Translations under genes and position numbers: made by a program
In this document: positions 1-10,700 of the stretch, one piece after another
Position numbering within the stretch: the first letter of the stretch is position 1
Layout of the letters: each line of letters begins with the position of its first letter
Source of the DNA: Candidatus Hodarchaeota archaeon
GTDB taxonomy: Archaea; Asgardarchaeota; Lokiarchaeia; Sigyniarchaeales; SOKP01
Length of the DNA: 64,000 nt
Direction of reading: 5' to 3'
NCBI GenBank assembly: GCA_048887225.1
Contig: JBHLJY010000005.1
Location: 64,001 to 128,000 of the forward strand
The notes under the pieces: model-generated
What the model was told of the DNA's origin: nothing
Seen by the model: only the letters and a program-made list of their open reading frames with translations
The model's database searches: none

Positions 1-167
1 AGAAATTTTCAAATAATTAAAAATTTATGATTAATTTTGAAAATTTTTAGACTAAAAAAAATAATAGATTTATCAGAATTAGAAACTAATTTTTTTGTTT
101 TTAGTAATTTATAAAACTAAAAAAAATAAATGTTATCTCATAAATAAAATAAAAAAAAAGAGAGAAA

Positions 168-1646
168 TTAGATTAGTCCCCCGCCCATAAGAGCTCTTGA
201 GATTGGAGTTGCTATACCCCCAAGTATAGATCCAATCGAGGTTAATTTCTTTAACTGACTTTTTAAATCTTTAGAAACTTTTACTGATCGTGTTTTACCT
301 TCAATTATTGTTCCATCTGCAGTTTCTAAGAAGATTTGGATTGTCTGCTCTCCTATTTCTCTAGGTTCTAATGTAAGCCATGTGGTATCTCCATTCTCTA
401 ACATTATTGATAATGTTCCAACAATATCATCTCCAGAAGAAAATAAAGGTATTCGCTTTTCTGGTATCCTATAAGTCCCTCTCCCCTCGACTTCAATGTC
501 AAGCACAATTTTTTTTGGATCAAAGCCAGGTGCAATTATTTTAATACGATATTCTTTAGATTCTTCTGCATTATTATAAAGATAGACCATAACATTAAGT
601 TCACTGTTTTTAAACACAACTTCTTGAGATGATGAATCCATGTATATAGGATCTTTTGACACACGTTCGATGTTGTCAGTCAATTCTAATTGTAACCTAT
701 CAATTATACTGAAAAAGCCAGCATTAAACCTTTTAATAAAGTTAAACAATTTGTTGATATCTTTTCTTGAGAAATACCACCTGCCTTCTATTAATGCCCC
801 TTTCTCAACATTAAAATTTGCTGAATCCAAATTTATTACTTCTCTTAATTCTCCAAGAAATTGTTCGTATGTTAGGACTTCTTGGTATCTTAAATAATAT
901 AAGAAAAGTATTTTTTCAATAGCAAAGGTTATGGGAAGCTCTTCTGCTTCTCTTACTCTTACAATTTCTACGAAATTAGGATTTAAAATTTTGTTAAGAA
1001 CTGCCAAATACTCGTCCCATTTAAGAAATGTCACTGGATCTAAATGATTAGATAAGACATCTGAGAAAAAATTGTCTAAAAATATTTGATGTGTATTAGG
1101 TTTGTAAAAATCTTGTAAGCCATTTACATCATGAATATTAAGCTTTAAACTTCGAATTAATAGAGCTAAGCCGAAGCCAAATAGTGCAAAACCAATTGCG
1201 GCATAACCTAATTCAAGAAGACCAAGAATTAACATAGTAACAAATAGACCTAAGGATACTAAGCATAAGAGTGCTATTATAAAAAGTAGGTTTATTACTT
1301 TTTTAACATTATTATCAAGTAAATCAAAACCATCTAAACTATCTATTGGTCTCCCTCTTTTTCGCTCAAATTTCAGCCGATTTTTGAGTGCTTTTTGTGT
1401 ATAGAATGCCCCTAATAATAATAAAAGTGAATTTAAACCGTAAACACCCAAAATTACGTAGAAACTAACATTTAAAGTAAGATCTGAGAATATGTCTAAG
1501 ATTATGAGAAGGGATAATCCTACTAGCACAATAGGTAAGATAAAAAGAAATAATTTTCCTATTTTGCTTATATAGCCTATTAAAAATGCTTGTTTTCCTT
1601 CTAATCTTTTTATTTTTTTTAAAGCCCTTTCAAATCTGTTTTCCAT
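168..1646 (-). CDS. Hypothetical membrane protein (about 4 N-terminal TM helices, helical middle, beta-rich C-terminal domain)
   Basis: 492-aa ORF with hydrophobic segments in the N-terminal third, an alternating beta-strand pattern near the C-terminus (ELNVMVYLYN...YRIKIIAPG...TWLTLEP...IQIFLET) and a Gly-rich hydrophobic C-terminal tail. Confidence 0.6.
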   Translation of the reverse strand: MENRFERALKKIKRLEGKQAFLIGYISKIGKLFLFILPIVLVGLSLLIILDIFSDLTLNVSFYVILGVYGLNSLLLLLGAFYTQKALKNRLKFERKRGRPIDSLDGFDLLDNNVKKVINLLFIIALLCLVSLGLFVTMLILGLLELGYAAIGFALFGFGLALLIRSLKLNIHDVNGLQDFYKPNTHQIFLDNFFSDVLSNHLDPVTFLKWDEYLAVLNKILNPNFVEIVRVREAEELPITFAIEKILFLYYLRYQEVLTYEQFLGELREVINLDSANFNVEKGALIEGRWYFSRKDINKLFNFIKRFNAGFFSIIDRLQLELTDNIERVSKDPIYMDSSSQEVVFKNSELNVMVYLYNNAEESKEYRIKIIAPGFDPKKIVLDIEVEGRGTYRIPEKRIPLFSSGDDIVGTLSIMLENGDTTWLTLEPREIGEQTIQIFLETADGTIIEGKTRSVKVSKDLKSQLKKLTSIGSILGGIATPISRALMGGGLI

Positions 1647-2233
1647 TGGTGTATCATCTTTTTTTTTGTTAGAAAATTTTTTGTAAATATTATATAAATC
1701 ATATATTTTTAATTTTTATTGTAAAAATCTAATTTTAATTTATGTCAAATTTTCTTTATAATCCTACAAATTTTTTATTTTTCTAGTAAAAGACTATCTA
1801 AAGACTAGTTAGAAACGGCATTTTGATCATGATCAGTAATATTTCAAAGACAGATTTTAGAAAATGATCATAAAACAACGAGTTTTTTATTTTTTTTGCG
1901 AAGTTTTTTTTGAGTATTTTATGACTAAATAAGTACTTATTTCTATATAATGTAAGGATTCCGTCATAAGAATTAATTTTTTTGTCAAGATCATATTATT
2001 TATTTTTTTAAGATTTTTTCAAATCGGAAAAAATAACGCATAAAACTATCGTTTTTCGTCATTGACATTTTTCGTAATAAGAACAGCAGAAAAAATCAAA
2101 TCTTAAAATATTTTACCGAATCAGTAAAACGCGATAAGGATTTTAACCAGATACCTTTATATATTAAAAAATTCTTACTTAAAATGGGAATAAAACTAAA
2201 AAAAATTAAAAAAAAAATAGATGTGATAAAAAA

Positions 2234-2569
2234 ATGGAAATAATAGAAAAAATTAAACAGGAAGGAATATCTGATGAACAACGAAAGCAAATATATTCTT
2301 TTTCGAGTCATATAAGTCAGGAAACTCGGGACGAGGTTTGCCCCGCGCTTCTAAAAATTTTATTGAACACCGAAAGAGGAGCATTAAAAAACGAATTAGG
2401 TCGAGTTATATTCCATTTGCAGAAAAATAATCGTCTCAACACTATAATAGGGCTTGAAAAATTAATAGACGCATCCTTAATGGTCGCACCCGAGAAATTG
2501 TTTAATATTCTCGAGTCTTCTGAAGAAGACGCCAAAGAATTAGCGAAACAAATTAAATCAGTTTTATAA
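2234..2569 (+). CDS. Hypothetical alpha-helical protein
   Basis: 111-aa ORF with ATG start and protein-like composition; no recognisable motif. Confidence 0.6.
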   Translation: MEIIEKIKQEGISDEQRKQIYSFSSHISQETRDEVCPALLKILLNTERGALKNELGRVIFHLQKNNRLNTIIGLEKLIDASLMVAPEKLFNILESSEEDAKELAKQIKSVL

Positions 2570-2610
2570 AGAAAAAATTTTTTTTATTAACTTTTTTTAT
2601 TTATTTTATA

Positions 2611-2916
2611 GTGTCAAATTCAGATGAAGATTTAGACAAGGCTTGGTGTTATTATAAACGAGTAAAAAACGCGCTTACTGGTTTATTTGAAATTTTGACT
2701 ATGAAGCTTGATGAAAACGATATTTTTTATCAATGTGCTGTTGATAATTTAATACAATTAAAAAAGACTATTGTAGATCTATTGAAACATGATTATGAAG
2801 CCGATGAAATTAAAAGAAAATTAAGATTTTTGGAATTTGATATGAAAAAATGCCTTTTCTTTACGCGCGATGACGAAACATCCAAAGATAAAAAAAATGG
2901 AAATGAAGATGGATAA
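2611..2916 (+). CDS. Hypothetical protein
   Basis: 101-aa ORF, GTG start, co-oriented with neighbours, helical-bundle-like sequence. Confidence 0.55.
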   Translation: MSNSDEDLDKAWCYYKRVKNALTGLFEILTMKLDENDIFYQCAVDNLIQLKKTIVDLLKHDYEADEIKRKLRFLEFDMKKCLFFTRDDETSKDKKNGNEDG

Positions 2917-3005
2917 CCTATTAAAAATTTTTTATTAAATAAAAAGGGAAAATACAAATTAATTCCTTTTTTTTTATAACTAACTAAAATTATTTGGGTT
3001 AAATT

Positions 3006-4025
3006 TTGCCGAGATTTAAATCGGAATTCAGTCAAATAGAAGGGATTTATCGTTTTAAGATCGATGTGCCTTTCGATGTCAAGTTTGTGTGCATATATTT
3101 ATTCAGAATCGATGATAAAAACATTCTCTACGATGCCGGATTAAATATGGGTAATTGGGACAAATTATTTTATTCTTCACTTCAAGAGATAAATATACCT
3201 ATTGAAGATATCGATTATTGCATCGTTTCACATCATCATTTGGACCATATAGGTTTAACTAAGAAATTTAAACGGAAGAATCCAAATATTCAGATTATGA
3301 TGTCAGAAATGACTCATGAAACGCTTAAATGGGAGACCGACCCAAACAATCTTGAAGAATTAGAAAAGGATGCTAAGGAAATCGCCAAGATGATGCTTAA
3401 ATTCGGGATTAGTGAAGCTCAAGGAAAACGGCTGGTTCAATGGTTTACTATGTGGTCCAAATTTAGAAGATATCAGAAGCCAGACAAATTGTTACAAGAC
3501 GGCGATGAAATTTCTTTTGATACGAATAAATTAGAAATTATATGGACTCCCGGGCACTCTATCGGCCATATATGTGTCTACGATCAAAAAAACCAATATT
3601 TATATTCTGGAGATCACATTCTTTCGAGAATTACACCACATATTGGAAATTTTCTGGTAATTCCAAAATATAGGAACTACGATTTTGAAAATATACTGGA
3701 CCATTATTTAAAATCATTAGACAGGATAGATGAATTAAATCCAAAGATAATCTTTCCAGCTCATCAAGAAGTCATTTATAATCCTCATAAGCGTATAATA
3801 GAAATTAAAGAACATCATAAGAATAGACTTCATGAAATTTCAAGTTTAATTGAATTCAATCCAATGACTCCTGTAAGAATATCTCAAATGCACTTTGGAG
3901 ATGATTTAGACGAAATTAACAGTTATTTAGCGCTAAGCGAAGTTTTAGCACATCTGATTTATCTAGAAAATCAAGAGAGAGTTAAAAGAATTGAGAAAAA
4001 TGGAAAAATCCTATTTGTGTGTTGA
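3006..4025 (+). CDS. MBL-fold metallo-hydrolase with C-terminal wHTH-like extension
   Basis: SHHHLDHIG (HxHxDH), TPGHSIGH, SGDHIL and PAH motifs. Confidence 0.9.
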   Translation: MPRFKSEFSQIEGIYRFKIDVPFDVKFVCIYLFRIDDKNILYDAGLNMGNWDKLFYSSLQEINIPIEDIDYCIVSHHHLDHIGLTKKFKRKNPNIQIMMSEMTHETLKWETDPNNLEELEKDAKEIAKMMLKFGISEAQGKRLVQWFTMWSKFRRYQKPDKLLQDGDEISFDTNKLEIIWTPGHSIGHICVYDQKNQYLYSGDHILSRITPHIGNFLVIPKYRNYDFENILDHYLKSLDRIDELNPKIIFPAHQEVIYNPHKRIIEIKEHHKNRLHEISSLIEFNPMTPVRISQMHFGDDLDEINSYLALSEVLAHLIYLENQERVKRIEKNGKILFVC

Positions 4026-4076
4026 AGAACAAGCCCTTTTACAAGAAAATTATAATATGTTCTTTTTTTAGATTTA

Positions 4077-4535
4077 TTAAGGCACACTACCATTTTGTGA
4101 GACTGTTTTTATTGGTTTTAAAACTACGCAAACTCTTTCAACACTTTCAATGTCAGTTCTGGCGCGAAACGCTTCTATTAAAGCGTCCAACTCATTAGTG
4201 TCAGGTACATTTACTTTTATTAATACACCGCACCTCCCATCGAGCTTATATACTTCTTCACATTGCGGAAGTATTATAGTTTCTCTCAATAATTCCTTTA
4301 TTTGAGATTCGTTTTTTGGAATAAGAGTAATAAAAGCATAAATACATCTTTCATCTTCACGACAAATTTTAATTGTAAATTTCTCAATTATTCCTCCTTC
4401 TTGTAAGCGAACTACCCTCTTTCTCACTGTTGATTCAGATAACCCTATTTCATCGGCAATCTCACGATATGGCCTTCTTGCATCCTCCAGAAGCATTTCA
4501 ATAATTTTCTTGTCTTTATCGTCTAGGTTTTTCAT
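4077..4535 (-). CDS. Lrp/AsnC family transcriptional regulator
   Basis: LDDKDKKIIEMLLEDARRPYREIADEIGLSESTVRKRV HTH followed by a RAM-type domain. Confidence 0.92.
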   Translation of the reverse strand: MKNLDDKDKKIIEMLLEDARRPYREIADEIGLSESTVRKRVVRLQEGGIIEKFTIKICREDERCIYAFITLIPKNESQIKELLRETIILPQCEEVYKLDGRCGVLIKVNVPDTNELDALIEAFRARTDIESVERVCVVLKPIKTVSQNGSVP

Positions 4536-4599
4536 TCTTTTTTTTCTATTCGGATTTTATTATTTTCATAAATTAAAAAAAAAAATATGTTTTATTACA

Positions 4600-5538
4600 T
4601 TAAAAATCTTTTAATAGAGGTCCAAAAAGTCTTTCATAATGGACAGCCATACAATGGATTCCAGCTGCTTTAGTGGTTTTCCTTATTTCGTTTATAAACG
4701 GCAGAAAGAAATCTATGTTAATTTGATCAATCTTGGCATTTCGCTCTTTTTTGTTCTCAATTTTTTTTGCGGATTTTAATTTTTCCAAAAGATCCTTTGG
4801 AACACTCACACCAGGTATGTATTTATCAAAGTACCAAGCAATACCATAATTTTTCAAAGGAAATAAGCCTAATAACACAGCAACATCATATCTTTCTAGC
4901 TCTTTTAAGAATTCTTTTGCTTCATCGATATTAAATGCCGTTTGCGTTTGAATAAAATCGACGCCCGCTTCAACTTTTCTTCCTACTTTAAGGATCTCGG
5001 GCTCAAGGTATGGTGGGCGTGCATTTGGATTTGCAGCACATCCAATATTCATTTTAATTTTATCACCTTCGATTTCTTTGCCTTCCAAGTCAGTACCCTC
5101 ATCGACTATTTTTGACACCAATTCAATGAACTGTGTACTATCCAAATCATAAACGGGTCTAGCGTTTTTATTATCCCCTAACGCCGTATGATCACCAGTT
5201 AAAGTGAGGATATTCTTAAGTCCAAGGATTGCACCTCCAACAACATCGCCAAATAAGGCAATTCTATTCCTATCTCTCACAGTCATCTGCCAAATTGCTT
5301 CTAACCCTACTTTTTCTTGAACCAAGTAACTTGGTACCATTGAGCAAGTATATGCATCTCCTTGTGGACCGTCAGTTACATTTGCAGCTACAATCTTTCC
5401 AGTTTTTTTCATTTCTTCAGCGGAATGTAAAACTGAACTGATATCGTACATCTTTGTGGGTTCTAATTCTCCAGAAAAGACAAATTTTCCAGCTTTTATC
5501 TCTTTCATCAAATTGCTATATGCAGGTCTCTTTACCAT
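4600..5538 (-). CDS. metF: 5,10-methylenetetrahydrofolate reductase, catalytic subunit
   Basis: ELEP, NVTD, RDRNRIAL, NILTLTGDH, VYDLDS, GVDFIQTQ and GIHCM motifs of MTHFR; adjacent to metV. Confidence 0.9.
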   Translation of the reverse strand: MVKRPAYSNLMKEIKAGKFVFSGELEPTKMYDISSVLHSAEEMKKTGKIVAANVTDGPQGDAYTCSMVPSYLVQEKVGLEAIWQMTVRDRNRIALFGDVVGGAILGLKNILTLTGDHTALGDNKNARPVYDLDSTQFIELVSKIVDEGTDLEGKEIEGDKIKMNIGCAANPNARPPYLEPEILKVGRKVEAGVDFIQTQTAFNIDEAKEFLKELERYDVAVLLGLFPLKNYGIAWYFDKYIPGVSVPKDLLEKLKSAKKIENKKERNAKIDQINIDFFLPFINEIRKTTKAAGIHCMAVHYERLFGPLLKDF

Positions 5539-6236
5539 TATTTTTTCTCCTCATTTTTTTCTTCTTCTTCGTTAGTATACGGTTTATTAATCACATAGTA
5601 TGCTGGACTCGTAGCAGGTCTATAATTTCTTGGTGGCCGGTATTTATTAAAGAGATCCAATCTATTAAATTTCTTTAATCTCTCATAAATTCCAATCCAA
5701 GCACAAGGACGAGTATATCCTCCAACCTCGCACATTCCATCAACAGTACCTCCGCAAGGTCCGTTATTTAAATGCTTAGCGCACCCTGCAATAGGACAAA
5801 CGCCTCCTGTTTCTCCTAATAGACAACTCCCACATGTTTCACAGTATTGAATGAAATAGTTTTCTCCTGCGTTTTGAACACCACCACACATGCTATTTTG
5901 GGCTGGGTATGTTATAATGTTTTCAGCTACTTTATTTAGCATCACAATACCTAATCCACACGCTAACGATACAATTGCGTCGTACTCTTCTATAAATGGT
6001 CGTATCGTGGTAGCAGCAATTCTATCGTCGCATTGCCTTAAAATAGTGATTGCTCTCCATTTTAGCTTCTTTCCTTCGGTTTTTGCTTTTAGTTCCAATA
6101 ATTGTCCAAGTACTTTTGCTTCATTAATCGATCGCGGAGGCTGACAACAGTCATCACAGCCGGTTATTAAGATTTTTGAATATGGTCTTACCATATTGTA
6201 TATTTCATCAATATCTTTTAATTCTGTAATAATCAA
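5538..6236 (-). CDS. metV: MTHFR small Fe-S/Zn subunit (MetV-like)
   Basis: GCDDC, RQCD, SLACGLG, CETCGSC...GGVCPIAGCAKHLNNGPCGG...CEV...CAW motifs; TTG at 6236 (MIITELK) preferred over GTG at 6248; stop overlaps the metF start. Confidence 0.85.
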   Translation of the reverse strand: MIITELKDIDEIYNMVRPYSKILITGCDDCCQPPRSINEAKVLGQLLELKAKTEGKKLKWRAITILRQCDDRIAATTIRPFIEEYDAIVSLACGLGIVMLNKVAENIITYPAQNSMCGGVQNAGENYFIQYCETCGSCLLGETGGVCPIAGCAKHLNNGPCGGTVDGMCEVGGYTRPCAWIGIYERLKKFNRLDLFNKYRPPRNYRPATSPAYYVINKPYTNEEEEKNEEKK

Positions 6237-6301
6237 CTTTATGCACACTTTTTTCTTTAAATTTTTGAGTTTTATTTTATGTTTTTAAGAAAAGATTATT
6301 A

Positions 6302-7189
6302 TTATGTTTTTATATTCAGTTTTTCCAATAGTTTTGTAGGTTTCACACTTCTATTTGATAAACCTAAAATTCCGACATCGATACCAAAAGCTAATGCTAT
6401 TAATTCAGGTAAGTAAAGTATAGGGATATCAAGCTCTTTATCAATTTTTCTTGAAATCAATTTTTCCTTTCTGTCATACTGACTCACGCATGCTGGACAG
6501 ACAGCAACCATAACATCTACTTCTTTTTCAAGTTCTTTCAAGTCAGTCATTTTTTCTTCAACTAATTTAAATCCAATATCTTCATTTAATCTAGCACAAT
6601 ATCCACAACATTCTAATTTAGCTGCAAAGGCAACAGTCGTAGCTCCTAAAGTTTCTAAGATCAGATCCATTGTTTCTGGTCGTTCAGGGTGGTCAAATCT
6701 CAGAATTTTACTTGGTCTTATTAAATGGCATCCATAATGTGCAGCAACATTAATATCATCTAATGGGTGCATAATAGCCACTTTAATTTTATCAAGCATA
6801 TCTGGTCTACTAAATAATTCAACAAAATGCGTAACTGTTGATGTTCCTTTATATTCATATCCAATTTTCTTTAAAACAGAATTGACTTTATCAAATGCAG
6901 CTTTATCTTCTTTTAGAAGGATATGGGAAGTTTTAAGTGTTTCAAAGCATCCTGAACAAATTGTCAAGACATCCAAACCCATTCTTTCAGCTATTGATAA
7001 ATTTCTCGCAGCGATGGTTAACCAAGTATCAACGCTTAATGATTGGGTTGCTACAGGGTCAGGGCAACAGCTAGCACCGTGCATCTCTTTTAAGTTAATA
7101 TCTAAAATACTAGCAATCTCCCTGAATGCTTTTTCAAAATGCGGAAACCGAAGTGGGATTGTACATCCTAAAAATAATGCGAATTCCAT
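6302..7189 (-). CDS. hdrB: Heterodisulfide reductase subunit B
   Basis: FLGC, SCCP, CSGC, HYGCH, CCG and CPAC CCG-domain motifs. Confidence 0.93.
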   Translation of the reverse strand: MEFALFLGCTIPLRFPHFEKAFREIASILDINLKEMHGASCCPDPVATQSLSVDTWLTIAARNLSIAERMGLDVLTICSGCFETLKTSHILLKEDKAAFDKVNSVLKKIGYEYKGTSTVTHFVELFSRPDMLDKIKVAIMHPLDDINVAAHYGCHLIRPSKILRFDHPERPETMDLILETLGATTVAFAAKLECCGYCARLNEDIGFKLVEEKMTDLKELEKEVDVMVAVCPACVSQYDRKEKLISRKIDKELDIPILYLPELIALAFGIDVGILGLSNRSVKPTKLLEKLNIKT

Positions 7190-7725
7190 TATTTTTCATC
7201 CTCCATTTCTTTTTTTATTATATTTTCAAGTCCAGTTTCTTTTATTATGAAAGTGATATCATCAAGATTTGGTGGTTCTACAATAGGTAAGCCAAATTTT
7301 TCTCTTCTTCGATCAATGGTTTTCTTTAATCCCCCGTGATATGGGACAACAAATCCATTGTCGTTAATTACTTTAATCGTATCACTGTATTCTGATGGAA
7401 TATTTCCTTCTTTGACAGCTAAATTCCTTATTAAAGCTAAAATAAAAGAATAATCTACGCCTTTTGGACATCTTTCAGTACATCTATGACAAAGAGAACA
7501 AGTCCAGATTGCGTTACTTGATAAAATAACATCCTTTAGACCTAACAAGAGTGAAGCAACGACTCTATGAGGTTGCAAATCTATAAATTCTGATACTGTA
7601 CATCCAGAGCTACACACACCGCACTGAATACATTTCAATAAAGATTTTGCACCAACTTTATTGCTAATTTCATATCTCAAATCATGGTCTAATTCTTTTG
7701 AACTCATAGTTTTTTCTTCATTCAT
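7189..7725 (-). CDS. hdrC: Heterodisulfide reductase subunit C
   Basis: CIQCGVCSSGC and WTCSLCHRCTERCP 2x[4Fe-4S] motifs; lies between hdrA and hdrB. Confidence 0.93.
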   Translation of the reverse strand: MNEEKTMSSKELDHDLRYEISNKVGAKSLLKCIQCGVCSSGCTVSEFIDLQPHRVVASLLLGLKDVILSSNAIWTCSLCHRCTERCPKGVDYSFILALIRNLAVKEGNIPSEYSDTIKVINDNGFVVPYHGGLKKTIDRRREKFGLPIVEPPNLDDITFIIKETGLENIIKKEMEDEK

Positions 7726-7727
7726 TT

Positions 7728-10700
7728 TTAAGCTCCCTCCTTAGCTTCTTCTTTTTTTTCAATTTTATCACCCCTTTCGGCAATTGGCCCTAATTCTTTC
7801 ACCTTGCCAATAAAATCGGTAATAACTTCAGAAAATCGCTTTCCTTCGCTGGCTGAGACCCATTCAAGACGATATCTCTCGGGATTAATTCCAACTTTTT
7901 CAAGGATTTCTTGAATTTCATTATATCGTCGTAACATATCGTAGTTACCTTCCAAATAATGGCAATCTCCAATATGACAGCCTCCAACAAATACTCCGTC
8001 AGCACCTTCTAGAAATGCTCGCAATATAAAACTTTTTGGAATTCTTCCAGTACACATTACTCTTATAGGCCGAATATTTGTTGGATATTGAAATCGACTT
8101 ACACCACACGTGTCTGCTCCAGCGTAACTACACCAATTACAAAGGAAAGCAACAATTCGTGGTCTTTCATCAATAAATTCTCCTTTTAATGCTTCAGAAA
8201 TCATTGGTGTCAATTGATCATCTGCGAAATGACTCATAGTAATCGCCCCTGCTGGACATGCCGCAGAACAGTCACCACATCCTTTACACAATAGTGGGTT
8301 TGATTCAGAAACTAATTTTTCGTTATCAAAATTGACGCCTATAGCTCCAAAATTACAAACCTCTTCACATTTTTGACAAGCAATACATAATGAGGGATTA
8401 ACAACAGAAACTAGCGGTTCATTTTCGACTATACCTGAAATTAATGGTATTAAAGCGTGAGCGGCAGCACCCCTTGCCTGAGATATCGAGTCTGCGATAC
8501 CTTTTGGGCCATGAGCAGTCCCAGCAAGATAGATCCCATCTGTTGCAAAATCAACTGGTCGTAATTTAACATGAGCTTCCAGAAAGAATCCATTTTGATC
8601 ACGTGGTACTTTGAGTAACTCTGAGAGTAATTTGTTATCATATGGTTTCAATGGTGTTGATAATACAACTCGATCAGCATCAATATTAAGTGTAACTTGG
8701 GTCAAAATATCCTTTACTTTAACATTGATTTTTCCATTAGTAAGTTCTACTTCAGGGTATTCATTAAATCTTATATAATTGATATTTTCTCTAGCTTGCC
8801 AATAATAAGGTTCTTCATCAGTCCCAACACGAATATCTCTGTAAAGTACATAAACATTAGATGTTGGATAATTTTCTCTCACATATAACGCGTGTCTAAT
8901 AGATTCAGAACAACAGATTAGAGAGCAATATGTACATCCATTGACTCCTTCTGGTTGTCTCGAACCGACGCAATGAATAAATACTATTTCCTCCCCACCT
9001 TTTAATTCATTATCCTTTAATTTCTCAGATAATTCTAATTGCGTCATTATACGAGGATCTTCACCATAATGATACCAACCTACTGGTTTATATTCATAAG
9101 CACCTGTCGCAACGACAATTACACCAACATTTAAATCTGCAATTTTGTTATTAACATTATTTTTAACTTTAATATTGAAATTACCTATTGAACCTTTAAC
9201 ATCTGAAACTTCAGAATTTAAATAAGTTGAGATATTTTTTATTTGATTATACTCATTAAGTTTTACATCTAAATATTCTTTGGAATCTATCCGATCAAAA
9301 TTAATCATATAGATAAGGTTTAGTTGACCACCTAATTTATCATCTTTTTCAATTAAATGAACCTTATATCCTTTATTCGCAATTTCCATGGCTGCCGTCA
9401 ATCCAGCAATACCACCGCCAATAACTAATGCTTCAGGGACTACATCTCCTTTTATTTTTAATTCAGGTCTTAAAAATCTTGTACGTGCAACGCCCATTCG
9501 AATTAGATCTTTTGCCTTATCGGTTGCTTTTTTGTGTTCATTCATATGTACCCATGAATCTAACTCTCGAATACTTACAAAATTAAAAAGATATTCGTTC
9601 AAACCTGCCTCTCGTATAGTTTTTTGAAATAATGGCTCGTGTGTTCTTGGAGTGCACGCAGCAACTACTATTCGATTTAAATCCAACTCTTCAATCTTTT
9701 CCTTTATAATATCTTGAGTCAAACTCGAACAACTATATTTATTGTGCATAGCAAACATTACATCAGGAAGAGTTTTTGTATATTCTACTATTTCTGGAAC
9801 GTCCATATATCCACCAATATTTACACCACATTCGCAAATAAATACACCAATTCTTGGTTTATCACTTTCATTGACTATTTTCAATGGAGGCAATTCAACT
9901 CTTTGTTCTTCTTCGCTTAATGGTTCCGCGTGAAGGGCTGCTAATGCAGCAGCTCCACTGGCTTTAGCTACTGAATTAGCTATATCGTCAGGGGATTGAC
10001 AGCATCCAGTTACGTAAATACCTTCTTGAGTAGATTGTAAATCTTCAAGGGAATTTTTTGTTTTAAAAAATCCTAACTCGTTTGTTTCTATTCCTAAGAT
10101 TTTTGCTAATTGCTCGCTATCTCTTCGAGGAATTACGGCACTTCCCAACACTACTAAATCAAATCTGCTTGTTTCTACTTCACCAGTGTCTAAATTTGCG
10201 TGCTTAACTAATAGATCGCGAGTTTCTGGATCTTCTCGTACATCACCAGGAATCCCGTGATAATATTTTAACTCATACTCATCTTTCGCTCTTTCAATAA
10301 ATTCTTCTTGATTTTTTCCAATTACTCTAGTATCGTTGAAAAAAATCGTAACGTTCGTATCTGGAGAATGTTCACGTGTTACAACTCCCTCCTTCGCCAT
10401 ATACATACAACAAAACTTTGAACAATATGAACATAGTGATTCATTTCGGGATCCGACGCATCCAATAAATGCAATTTCGTGTGCATGTTTTTGATCCGAT
10501 GGTCGCAAGAGTTCACCTTCCGTTGGACCAGAAGCGCTCAATAGCCTTTCGTATTGCATTGATGTGATAACATTAGGATATTCATCATAATGGTAACGAG
10601 TCAAAACACTAGGATCTAAAATGTCAATTCCTGTAGCGATAATAATAGAGGCAACATTATATTCTACAACCTCATCTTTCATGTCCCATACTATAGCACC

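Noticed and set aside
1647-2233. Replication origin
   Set aside because: No ORB repeats with G-strings and no orc1/cdc6 gene in view.
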